DNA of 64,000 bases, taken from IMG/VR virus record IMGVR_UViG_3300021335_000003, one strand, 5' to 3'. The notes under the pieces were generated by a model that worked only from the letters and a program-made list of their open reading frames with translations, had not been told where the DNA came from and did no database searches. The translations under genes and the position numbers were made by a program. Of this stretch, positions 49,059 through 58,111 are shown piece after piece. The number at the start of each line of letters is the position of its first letter. Within the stretch, counting starts at the first letter, position 1. This DNA comes from a virus.

Positions 49059-50816
49059 TTATATAGTTTGTGCTGTTTCGTCGCCGCCGCCTAGATCAGC
49101 GCCTAAGTCTGTCTCTGTGTTTGTGTCCACACCTTCGCCTGTGCCGCCGTCGATGCCACCTGCATCTCCGCCTAGGTCAGTTTCAATACCGCCTAAGTCT
49201 CCTGCAAGGTCAGCACCGCTTAGTCCTGCGCCACGCATTTCGCCTGCCATATCGTCATCGACTAGATCAACTAGATTCTCATCATTTTCTTCTTGCCATA
49301 GACGTTCATTCTCAGCAATCTCTTCGTCACTAAGTCCTAAGAAACGTTTTAGTGCAAATCTATTTGAGATATATGGTATAGCTGCCATGCCTGTAAATGT
49401 GCTGATTCTGTTGTTATCAAGTTCTGCTTGTCTGTATGCTGCAAAGTTTTGTGGAGGTGTTAGTCTCAAGTCAAACATACTAAAATCTACGTTTGCACCT
49501 TTGCTTTGCAAGAACAATTTGAATTCTTTGTTGAATTCTTCTTCAACCATGCTTTGCAGACGTTCGCAATATTTGTTAAAGCGTAATTCTTGAATATATG
49601 CTGTGCCTACTCGTCCATCATTATACTGCGATGCGCCATCATCAGCGCCTGTGGGTAGATAACTAGAAGGTATGCGTAAGCCACGTACCAATTTATTAGT
49701 AAAGTATCTAAGGTCATCAATCTCTCCTAGGTTAGTACCGCCCGGTAGAGTTTCAACTTTTGATCCACGTCCTTCAGCAGTTTGTGGAAAGAAGTAGTCT
49801 TCGTTGATTGACAGTGGATTATATGAACTGTCTATGACATTTGTGCCACCACCTGTCTTGGATGGGATTCGTCTTTGGTGTATTTCCGTTTTGACTCTCT
49901 CCACAAACTGCATCGCAAGGTGTGAAGGCATGTTACCCACATCAACGTAGAATACTCTGCGCTCTGGCGCACGTTGGACACGATAGATGATAATCGCATC
50001 CTCAAGCAATTCCTTTTGCTTATAAACTTTAAAAATACTTTCGAGCAAACTGTTACCAAATGGATAGTTTTGATCAAGTCCTTCACTCATTGACAAATGC
50101 AATACGTGATTAGCATCTACATAAGTTTCGTCGTGTTCTTGTGCAAATCTACTGGTATTACCACTTGGTGTATGATTACCGCCTGTCATACCCTGTTGTT
50201 TGACTTGTTGATAACCGTTTGTACCACCTGGACCATAACTATTTTGTGTGTTAAGCGGTGTTGCTTCTAATGCTTCAAATGCAAAGTTTAGATTTTTTAC
50301 AACATACTGCTCGGGCTTTTTGCCTTCGCTTTCATTTACAATAATTTTTGTAACTTGACTAGGATCAACATGGAACAATTTTTGTGTTTCAGGATCTCTA
50401 ATAAAGAACTGATCGCCATATTTAAACGCATTACGAATAGTTCTAAACATACGTGTTTCAAACTTGTTTAGTTTGCACCACTGCTGCAAATACTGCCCAA
50501 TAACTTGTATTTCACTGTTAGTTGGACTACCTTTAAAGTCTATGTTGAAGTGTGTATCGTTTTGTTTATTCTTTTGTGTGCAGAATTCTGCAAGGATGTC
50601 TAGTGCAGCATTCACTTCTGAATCACTGTCCATTGTGTTGTATTGATTGTAACGTTCGATACGATTAGGTGATCCAACATATACGTCTGGAAGGTGTGAG
50701 GAATAGTTTGCAGCAGCAGGGCCTACACCGTTGTTGCCTTTCAAACTAAATGGTGAATATCCACCATTTCTATTGTCCGCAGTTGGAACGGGAGTAAAAT
50801 ATTTCTTCCAACTCAT
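49059..50816 (-). CDS. gp20: Portal protein
   Basis: LLEDAIIIYRVQRAPERRVFYVDVGNMP, EDYFFP....GRGSKVETLPGG.NLGEIDD..YF..KL.RGLRIP.S. Confidence 0.97.
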   Translation of the reverse strand: MSWKKYFTPVPTADNRNGGYSPFSLKGNNGVGPAAANYSSHLPDVYVGSPNRIERYNQYNTMDSDSEVNAALDILAEFCTQKNKQNDTHFNIDFKGSPTNSEIQVIGQYLQQWCKLNKFETRMFRTIRNAFKYGDQFFIRDPETQKLFHVDPSQVTKIIVNESEGKKPEQYVVKNLNFAFEALEATPLNTQNSYGPGGTNGYQQVKQQGMTGGNHTPSGNTSRFAQEHDETYVDANHVLHLSMSEGLDQNYPFGNSLLESIFKVYKQKELLEDAIIIYRVQRAPERRVFYVDVGNMPSHLAMQFVERVKTEIHQRRIPSKTGGGTNVIDSSYNPLSINEDYFFPQTAEGRGSKVETLPGGTNLGEIDDLRYFTNKLVRGLRIPSSYLPTGADDGASQYNDGRVGTAYIQELRFNKYCERLQSMVEEEFNKEFKLFLQSKGANVDFSMFDLRLTPPQNFAAYRQAELDNNRISTFTGMAAIPYISNRFALKRFLGLSDEEIAENERLWQEENDENLVDLVDDDMAGEMRGAGLSGADLAGDLGGIETDLGGDAGGIDGGTGEGVDTNTETDLGADLGGGDETAQTI

Positions 50817-52928
50817 TTATACACCTCTCAACATATTACCAGTTAGTCCTTTTGTTGCCTTCAACTGTCTGCTTTGTGTTCCTACAGCCATATTTTCAAC
50901 TTGTATTAGTTGTCCTAAAAGACCAATCATAGTATCTAATTTTTTATTACTTTCTATAGCACCCAAGCTAGGTTCATTATTAGTACTTATGCTATTTTCC
51001 ATTGCAGATTGCACTTCTTGAACATTCATATCCAATCCTCTAATGCTTTTCATTAATGTCTGCATAACACCCATACTGGTTCTAGCACTCATTACATTGG
51101 CAGGACCAGAAACAAATTCAGGACCAGCTTCACCTACAATGCCAAACCCGCCTTTAGGAATATTGCCGCCATCGGCATATGTTTTGCCACCTAAATTAGC
51201 AATACCAGCAGCTTTCATACTAACTGCGGCTTGTTCTCTTGCTGCTGCTTCAGCTGCTACCTTTGCAGCTTCAGCTGCTGCTCTAGCTTCTCTAATTTCA
51301 GGTATCATACCTGCTTCTACTGCTTCTTGTAATGTAGCAGTTGCACTAGCTAATTCGGCTTGAGCATTTAGTACTTTTTCATTTGCTGCTTCAACTTTTT
51401 CTTGTGTTTCTTTTGCTGCTGTTTTAGTTGCTTCAGTTGTTTTTTCTGCACCTTCGACATTTGAATTTACAACATTAGCGCCAGCTGTTTCAATTGCAGC
51501 AGTTTGAGTATCTGTTTTGTTCAACATATCACTGCGATAACCATCTGCTGCATTTCTTGCATCAGTAAGCTGTGCAATGTCAAACAAACTATCAACACCT
51601 TTGTTTATACCAGCAATAATATCTTCTTTACTAGGTAATGCTGCTTGGAATGCTTCTAATCCTGCAATAGCAACACCTTCAATTTTTTCAATTGAATTAG
51701 ACATAACAGCACTTGACACCACCCTCAAGTTTTCTTGTATTTCCATAGTCTTGTCGAATATGCCAGTAGTTTGTTCCATTTGTCTTAGTTGCTCATTAGC
51801 AATAGATGTTCTAATTTCACGTTCTGCGTCAGCAGAAGTCATTGTATCATCTTTACTTGAATCTACTGCATTTTTAAAATCAAATGCTGCTTGGCTAGCT
51901 TTTGCAAAACCATCTGATACACCAGTAACACTGCCTAATATAGCTGTGTTTCTAAATTCTTCTGTGTCTTGATAATCAAGTGCAGCACCTCTAGCGTCTA
52001 TCATAGACTGAGTAAATGCTCCAATGTCACCACTGTTGAATTGTTCTGCTGCTGCATATAATTGATCTGCACCATCGCCCATTGCAAGCATTGCGTTTCG
52101 AGCACCTTCAGTTGTAGGCGCCCCTCTTAGAGCAATATCAACAAACGCATCAGCCGCATCTTGACCCATTGTTGCTTGCATTGTTGTTAATTGATCCATA
52201 AATGCTTTTTGTTCTTCTGCACTCTTGCCCATTAGGAACGCATTTACATCACCTTGACGCCTACGTGCTCGCATTTCGTCAGCAAGCTCTTTTCTATTCT
52301 TACCTGTAAGTTTTGCAAGACCATCTAACTGTACCATTAATTCTTTAGCTGATGCAGCTTGTTCTTGAACACTCATTCTTTCAGTGTTAGCATTACCTCT
52401 TGTTATTTCACCAAATAACGAAAGTCCTTCTGAAATATCTTTGGTAGTAAAACCTAATCTACGTAGTTCCATGCCTAATTCTTTTGAATCAAGAATAGTT
52501 GTGTTCAATGCTTTAAATCTTGCAATTGCTTGGTCAGTAGTACCACCAAATGCTCTTAATGCTTGGGTATTATTCTGTAAGAAACTGGTCATGTCTTCTA
52601 CAGTCATGCCCATTTCTGCTGCTGCTACTTTTACATCTGCAATTTCTTTGTTAAATGTAGCACCAACTGTTGTAAGTGCTTGATATTCAGCTAAACTTGA
52701 TTCAGCAAACTTGGTTAAACCATCTACAACTTGACCAACTGCGCCGCCAACGGCGCCAAATGCTTTGGTGTTTTTTTCTAAAGCACCACTGTAGGCACTA
52801 AGTTGTTGCTGCCCTGTGAGAAGCGCACCGCCTAAACCAATAGCAGTATTAGCAGTTCCTGAGAGAGATTTTTTAAGGAAATCTAAGCTGTTTCCAAATA
52901 AACCTGCTGCTGCGCTTTCTTCAGCCAA
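50817..52928 (-). CDS. Tape measure-like protein (probable TTG start at 52928)
   Basis: Long Ala-rich helical protein; C-terminal ADGG.I......IVGEAGPEFV motif; AGGAG RBS spacing favours the second TTG. Confidence 0.75.
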   Translation of the reverse strand: MAEESAAAGLFGNSLDFLKKSLSGTANTAIGLGGALLTGQQQLSAYSGALEKNTKAFGAVGGAVGQVVDGLTKFAESSLAEYQALTTVGATFNKEIADVKVAAAEMGMTVEDMTSFLQNNTQALRAFGGTTDQAIARFKALNTTILDSKELGMELRRLGFTTKDISEGLSLFGEITRGNANTERMSVQEQAASAKELMVQLDGLAKLTGKNRKELADEMRARRRQGDVNAFLMGKSAEEQKAFMDQLTTMQATMGQDAADAFVDIALRGAPTTEGARNAMLAMGDGADQLYAAAEQFNSGDIGAFTQSMIDARGAALDYQDTEEFRNTAILGSVTGVSDGFAKASQAAFDFKNAVDSSKDDTMTSADAEREIRTSIANEQLRQMEQTTGIFDKTMEIQENLRVVSSAVMSNSIEKIEGVAIAGLEAFQAALPSKEDIIAGINKGVDSLFDIAQLTDARNAADGYRSDMLNKTDTQTAAIETAGANVVNSNVEGAEKTTEATKTAAKETQEKVEAANEKVLNAQAELASATATLQEAVEAGMIPEIREARAAAEAAKVAAEAAAREQAAVSMKAAGIANLGGKTYADGGNIPKGGFGIVGEAGPEFVSGPANVMSARTSMGVMQTLMKSIRGLDMNVQEVQSAMENSISTNNEPSLGAIESNKKLDTMIGLLGQLIQVENMAVGTQSRQLKATKGLTGNMLRGV

Positions 52929-52955
52929 ATCCAAATACTCCTAGTTTATGATACA

Positions 52956-52977
52956 ATAAATATACTATAGTATTTAC
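52956..52977. promoter_or_regulatory. Face-to-face late promoter pair for tape measure (-) and gp26-like (+)
   Basis: ATAAATA on + at 52956-52962 and GTAAATA on - at 52971-52977. Confidence 0.65.
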
Positions 52978-52992
52978 CTAATAGGAAAACAC

Positions 52993-53826
52993 ATGGAAAA
53001 CTCTCAAAGTCCATTAAGACAATTTCAAAGACAACCAAAACTTTATATTGATTTACCAAGTCAAGGAAAATGGTATAATGAAAACATTGTTGCTGATGGA
53101 ACTTCAACTTCATTAGCAGTTTTTAGTATGACTGCAAACGACGAAATTGGATTTAAAACACCAGATGCAATGGTTAATGGTGAAGCAACAGTAAGAAATG
53201 TAAAAAGTTGCATTCCTGCAATATTAGATCCTTGGAGTATTAGAACTGTTGATACAGACACTATTTTGCTTGCAATACGTATTGCCTCATATGGACAAAT
53301 GATGTCAGTAAGTAGTCCTTGTAAAAAATGTTCAGAAGATAATGCGTACGATGTTGATTTACAAAATTATCTTGATTATTTTGCAATGAAAACTTATAGT
53401 GATACAGTTGTATATGAAAACTTTACTGTAAAATTGCATCCTTTGACATATAGACAATGGAATGAAATACAGAAAAAACAAACAGGTTTCCAACGGGCGT
53501 TGAACTTTCAAGTGCCACAAATAAAAGACGAAGACCAAAAAGAAGAAGCAATACAAAATATCATTGATCAAATTAATGAACTTACTGTATTGAGTATTTT
53601 AGATCAAGTTGCAAGTATTGAAGTTGATGGTCAAATAGAAACTGACAAACAAGAAATTGTCAATTTTTTAAACAACCAAGACGTAAAATTCTTTCATGCT
53701 ATTAAAGCACAAATTGAACAAAATATCAAAGAATGGGAAATACCCACAGAAGATATCAAGTGTGAAAAGTGCGGTTATGAAGATCAAATAAAAGTTTCGT
53801 TGGATCAATCAAATTTTTTCGCATAA
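52993..53826 (+). CDS. Baseplate hub assembly protein, gp26-like
   Basis: P..YIDLPS.G, MTA.DE, D.D.ILLAIRIASYG, two CxxC (CKKC, CEKC), ends NFFA. Confidence 0.75.
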   Translation: MENSQSPLRQFQRQPKLYIDLPSQGKWYNENIVADGTSTSLAVFSMTANDEIGFKTPDAMVNGEATVRNVKSCIPAILDPWSIRTVDTDTILLAIRIASYGQMMSVSSPCKKCSEDNAYDVDLQNYLDYFAMKTYSDTVVYENFTVKLHPLTYRQWNEIQKKQTGFQRALNFQVPQIKDEDQKEEAIQNIIDQINELTVLSILDQVASIEVDGQIETDKQEIVNFLNNQDVKFFHAIKAQIEQNIKEWEIPTEDIKCEKCGYEDQIKVSLDQSNFFA

Positions 53827-53873
53827 GGCTATCGAAACTAGACGACACCCAAATATTATCGTTAGCCAAAGAT

Positions 53874-54053
53874 ATGGAAAATGAAATTAAACAAATCAAA
53901 GAAGGGTGTTATAGACTTGCATGGTATATGCGAGGTGGCATAACTGTTGATAAATTGATGTATGATACAGATTTAGAAGATCAAGAAGTTATGACACGTA
54001 TTGTAAAAGAAAACATAGAAAACACTAAAAACACTAAAATGCCGTTGCTATGA
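53874..54053 (+). CDS. gp51-like small baseplate assembly ORF (59 aa; missed by ORF track; possibly made by -1 frameshift from gp26-like)
   Basis: MENEIKQIKEGCYRLAWYMRGGITVDKLMYDTDLEDQEVMTRIVKENIENTKNTKMPLL; frame open from 53781; no SD before the ATG. Confidence 0.7.
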   Translation: MENEIKQIKEGCYRLAWYMRGGITVDKLMYDTDLEDQEVMTRIVKENIENTKNTKMPLL

Positions 54054-55580
54054 TTAGACTGTTGCAGGTTGCGGTTGAGCTGCTGCATTGTCACTGTCCA
54101 TTTTATTAGATATAGCAGTGTCAGCAGCATCTTGAGAGGTGTCTTTTTGTTCTAGCGTCATTATTGAATTTAACAAATCCTCACGTTTTTGTTGTGGCAT
54201 GTAAGGAACAAATTTTGTTTTATCACCTTTAGGAAATAGCAGAGCTCCAAAAACTTTTTTAGCCCACTCGCTTTCAGAAAAATATTCGCCATCAGGTCCT
54301 TTATTAATCGTTTGTTCAATGGTTAATTTATCTGCTAAGAAACCTGTGCCAAATGCTCCAGCAAGTGATTCGTCTGCTGCTTTTAACAAAAAGTCAAAAC
54401 CTTGACCTAAATATCCAAAATAATCGCCCAACCAAGAGTTTTGAAGTATTTGTGCTACTAATCTTTGTACTGGAGGAAGTGAAACAACTATATAGAATAA
54501 AACATCCAATCCTTGTCCTGCAATTATGCCAAGTATTCTACCTGCTCGGTTACCAGCAAGTGCTCCTTTGGCTCCTCCTGCTATAGTGCCTACAGGTCCT
54601 ACTCCAGTGCCTACCACAGCACCACCGACTGCACCTACTCCTGTTCCAATTGTTGCTAATCCTATTTTTATTGCAGCTCTAACCCAACTAGTAAGTATTT
54701 TAATTGATTTAATATCTTTTAAAAGAGTTACTGCAAATATACCAAATTGAATAACAGCTTGACCTTGCAAAATACTATACTCTTCAGCTAATTTGCCATC
54801 TGGATCGCCTGTTTCAATTATTTCAGCTTCTACCTGTGCTAAGGCAAAACTAATACCATAAAACAACATCAACGCTGCAAGAGCTTTTCCAACTACTGCT
54901 CCTGCCTTTCCTGAGAAAGCTGCAAAATTAGAAGATTGTACCCATCTTCCTATTTTGGTATTCCCTAGTTGTTGTCCTGGTGCAATTCCTTTTTTAAATT
55001 CATCTAATGTCATAGATGTAATTTTGCGACTAATAGGATTGTTTCTAATTTTTCCTTCGATGCTTTTTGCGTCTATACCTGCATTTTTTAAAAATTTAGC
55101 TTGCTTTTTCTTAAGTGCATTTGTAATGTCTTTGGGCTTTTTTCCTTCAGCTTCAAGTTGCTCAATGTACTTTTGTAATCTAGCAGCGTCATCTCCGTCA
55201 TTTAAAGTTACAATGCTTTTTCCATCAGGCATAACGACCTTCCAACGATTGGTATCAGTTTGGAACATGCCAGGTGCTAACTTAACATTTGGAGGCACTG
55301 CTTTTGCAGTAGGAGCAGGAGTTTTTGTTCTAGGAGAACTATTTCTTCCACTGCTAGATTTAGTAGTGGTCTTGGTATCTTTAGGTTTAGGAGGAGTTGG
55401 ATTCCTCAACTGGTCTGCTTTGATATTTGCTTGATTTTTTGTTTTATGACTTGAAATCAAAACATTTGGAGTCACAGTAGTATTATACACCCCCCATGTT
55501 CTTCCATTAGGATTTTTACGTATTTCAAATTTATCTTCTAAAAGAATTTGTGATTCAAAGATTAGTTCAGACAGTTTCAT
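54054..55580 (-). CDS. Hypothetical late protein with hydrophobic/glycine-zipper segments
   Basis: Perfect TATAAATA at 55586-55593; MKLSELIFES start; GTGVGAVGGAVVGTGVGPVGTIAGG. Confidence 0.65.
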   Translation of the reverse strand: MKLSELIFESQILLEDKFEIRKNPNGRTWGVYNTTVTPNVLISSHKTKNQANIKADQLRNPTPPKPKDTKTTTKSSSGRNSSPRTKTPAPTAKAVPPNVKLAPGMFQTDTNRWKVVMPDGKSIVTLNDGDDAARLQKYIEQLEAEGKKPKDITNALKKKQAKFLKNAGIDAKSIEGKIRNNPISRKITSMTLDEFKKGIAPGQQLGNTKIGRWVQSSNFAAFSGKAGAVVGKALAALMLFYGISFALAQVEAEIIETGDPDGKLAEEYSILQGQAVIQFGIFAVTLLKDIKSIKILTSWVRAAIKIGLATIGTGVGAVGGAVVGTGVGPVGTIAGGAKGALAGNRAGRILGIIAGQGLDVLFYIVVSLPPVQRLVAQILQNSWLGDYFGYLGQGFDFLLKAADESLAGAFGTGFLADKLTIEQTINKGPDGEYFSESEWAKKVFGALLFPKGDKTKFVPYMPQQKREDLLNSIMTLEQKDTSQDAADTAISNKMDSDNAAAQPQPATV

Positions 55581-55599
55581 ATTACTATTTATATGTTAT

Positions 55600-56005
55600 T
55601 AGTTGAACTACGTTCAACTGTGTTATCGCTATCGCTCAACACGATGTTTTTTAAGGCATATGCAAAGCATATGCTTTTAGTATCATTCAGATTGTGAAGT
55701 CATAATTCGCCCGTTGCCGGGCGAAGGTAGCTTTTGAGCTTCATTCGAGTCGCTTCAGCCATCTTGTTAAAAGAGATTCAACTTATGTTGTCGGAGGCGG
55801 TTGACCTGTATCCCCCTACTCTAGCTTCGTCATATCAACGGAAGGCAGTTATTCCCTAACAAGCGAAAACACTTACCACGTGGTTGCTTTTTCTCAGAGC
55901 CACTATCTTTTAAAGCCTATCGTATACTTCTTCACGTGAGCATTCCACACCACCGGCCACGAGCATTACCTCGGCTGGATCTTGGAGTTTAATTAGAGCT
56001 CAATA
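55600..56005 (-). ncRNA. Candidate large structured RNA (or structured DNA element) downstream of GIY-YIG nuclease
   Basis: ~400 nt without an ORF, visibly more GC-rich than other spacers, many helices including a GCAA tetraloop hairpin and long-range G-U-containing pairing. Confidence 0.6.
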
Positions 56006-56011
56006 TATAGC

Positions 56012-56437
56012 CTATTTGTGTTCTAGTAGTGCCTGGCGTAATTTATTTGAACCACCAACTCTTACATTGATTATGCCATTGTAGTATTCGTCTGTTTCTA
56101 ATACTCGCCTGTCAAACTGTTCTCGTGCTTCAATGTAACTCATTTCTGCTCTGCTTTTGCAGAAGTAAAGTATTTCACGAGTAAAGTTTTTTTCGCCTAG
56201 TGTTTTTACATCTTCGTTCAGTCTATCTGAACTTCCCCAGTATTCACGCCAATCGCTTTCTTTGTAGCCTCGACGCTTGTTCTTTTTGCCTTTTAATGGT
56301 GGCTTGGTTGTTTTAAATTTTGCTAACTTCTTGCCTACGTATTTTTGTTTTGTCTTTTTGTTTGTAATTAGATATACAAACCCTTCGTATTCGTCAGGTA
56401 TTGATTCTACAGTTTTGCCTTTGTATGTCCAACTCAT
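56012..56437 (-). CDS. Minimal GIY-YIG (Seg-like) endonuclease, catalytic domain only
   Basis: GFVYLITN......YVGKK, YWGSS, F.REIL, catalytic E (YIEAREQ), YYNG. Confidence 0.88.
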   Translation of the reverse strand: MSWTYKGKTVESIPDEYEGFVYLITNKKTKQKYVGKKLAKFKTTKPPLKGKKNKRRGYKESDWREYWGSSDRLNEDVKTLGEKNFTREILYFCKSRAEMSYIEAREQFDRRVLETDEYYNGIINVRVGGSNKLRQALLEHK

Positions 56438-56455
56438 AATATGTTTAGCGTTGGA

Positions 56456-58111
56456 TTAAATTTGTGATTCCGTTTTTGGTTTGCCTACGTGTGATTGCCA
56501 ACCCTCACGACTAAACATTTTACTGAAATAGTCCAAGGGCCATTTGTTTAAGCCTTTGTCGTGTTCTTGTACATTGTTATACATTTGCATAAACTTGTCA
56601 ATCGATTTTTTATTTTTATTTGCTTGATTTTCGTGTGTTGATTTTTCATTACGCATTCTTGTAATGTACTCTTGTTGTTGTTCAGCTGTTGATTTTACAG
56701 GCCAACTTGCTAGGTCTTCTTTAGTCATCCAGTTGTTTGCAATATCAATCCAATTTACATCTGGAAATGCTGTGCGGTATCCTATGACACCATCCATACA
56801 GTTTGCCTTGTCATAATATTTTTGTTTTACAAGTTCTTTGTGATTTAGTTCTTCGCCAATGCGTCTCATGTCATTCCAAAAATGATTGTCGCCTTTGGGT
56901 GATAATGTGTAATGCACAGCAAGATAATCTGCTATGTCTTGGAAATAGTGATCCATTTTTTCATTGTAATAGTTTTTATCATAGTCACGTTGCAACATCC
57001 ATGCAATGTTTTTGATGCTTGCAATGATACTGACTACTGCGTTTGCTTCTAGTGGATCAACAAAACTTGCTGCCATACCAATAGCAAAACAGTTTCCAAC
57101 ATTTGGTTTTGCCAATCTACCTGGCTTCCATTTTAACTGTTTAGGCGGACGTAGATTCCTGCCTTCTACTTGTTCCAACAACCAATCTCTTGCTTCGTCG
57201 TCACTGAAGTATTCATCACTGTAAATAATACCTGTGCCTATTCTAGCATCTAAACAGATTTGGAACTGCCAGCCCATGTCTTGTCTAATACTTCTTGTGT
57301 AATTTACATATTCAGCATCTTTGTCTTTGTAACTAATAGGACATACCCAAGCACTGTTCATTTTGTTAGCAGGTGTTTGGATAAACTCATCTGTTAGTTT
57401 GCCAATCAACAACCTACCTAAACCTGTGCAGTCCATCCACAAGTCGCTGGTAACTTCTGTTCCATCTTCTAGTACAATACTGCTGATGCCGTTGTCATCT
57501 GTATTCACAGTTTCGATATGCGCAATAGTTTCCACTACGCCATATTCTTTACAAACATTTTCAATCAGCCAAGGCGCACATTTTTCTGCATCAATATGAT
57601 AAGCATAGGTTGCTGTTGCACTGATCAAATAGTTTCCGTTGTCGTCAAACGGCATCTTTCTATCTTTGAGATAATGATAACCTTCACCGTTGTGATGATA
57701 AACATCCAAGTCTGGTGCTGCGCCACTGCGATACACATCCAACCAAACATCGCTTGTTCTCAAGTCATCTGGTCCAACACTGCAAACATTTTTCCAAGTT
57801 GTTTCTTTGTTGTGCCAGTTGCTCCAATGGAACATTCTAATTACATCAGGCTCGCCTTCAGCTGTGTCAGTCCAGTTTTCCATACGATTAGCATATTTAA
57901 AAACTGCATTTGTTTCTCGCATAAAACGTTTTTCATCTACGCCTAATGCACCAAGCACACCCGGCAAGTGTGGTGTAATACTTTCACCTACACCAATTGT
58001 AGGAACCTTGTTGCTATGAATCATTTCAACTGTAGAGTTTGGAAGTTCTTTTTTTAAAAATGCACTTGTGAGTGCTCCTGCAAATCCACCACCTACAACT
58101 GTAATCTTCAT
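56456..58111 (-). CDS. Flavin-dependent tryptophan-halogenase-like protein
   Basis: VVGGGFAG, TIGVGES, YAYHIDA, D.WMDCTG, GWQFQI (WxWxIP variant), F.DPLEA, HY. Confidence 0.85.
   Translation of the reverse strand: MKITVVGGGFAGALTSAFLKKELPNSTVEMIHSNKVPTIGVGESITPHLPGVLGALGVDEKRFMRETNAVFKYANRMENWTDTAEGEPDVIRMFHWSNWHNKETTWKNVCSVGPDDLRTSDVWLDVYRSGAAPDLDVYHHNGEGYHYLKDRKMPFDDNGNYLISATATYAYHIDAEKCAPWLIENVCKEYGVVETIAHIETVNTDDNGISSIVLEDGTEVTSDLWMDCTGLGRLLIGKLTDEFIQTPANKMNSAWVCPISYKDKDAEYVNYTRSIRQDMGWQFQICLDARIGTGIIYSDEYFSDDEARDWLLEQVEGRNLRPPKQLKWKPGRLAKPNVGNCFAIGMAASFVDPLEANAVVSIIASIKNIAWMLQRDYDKNYYNEKMDHYFQDIADYLAVHYTLSPKGDNHFWNDMRRIGEELNHKELVKQKYYDKANCMDGVIGYRTAFPDVNWIDIANNWMTKEDLASWPVKSTAEQQQEYITRMRNEKSTHENQANKNKKSIDKFMQMYNNVQEHDKGLNKWPLDYFSKMFSREGWQSHVGKPKTESQI

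Noticed and set aside
55600-56437. Group I or II intron carrying the GIY-YIG ORF
   Set aside because: Flanking genes look complete and unrelated, with no split exon pair; no recognisable P7 (R/S) or domain V consensus seen.
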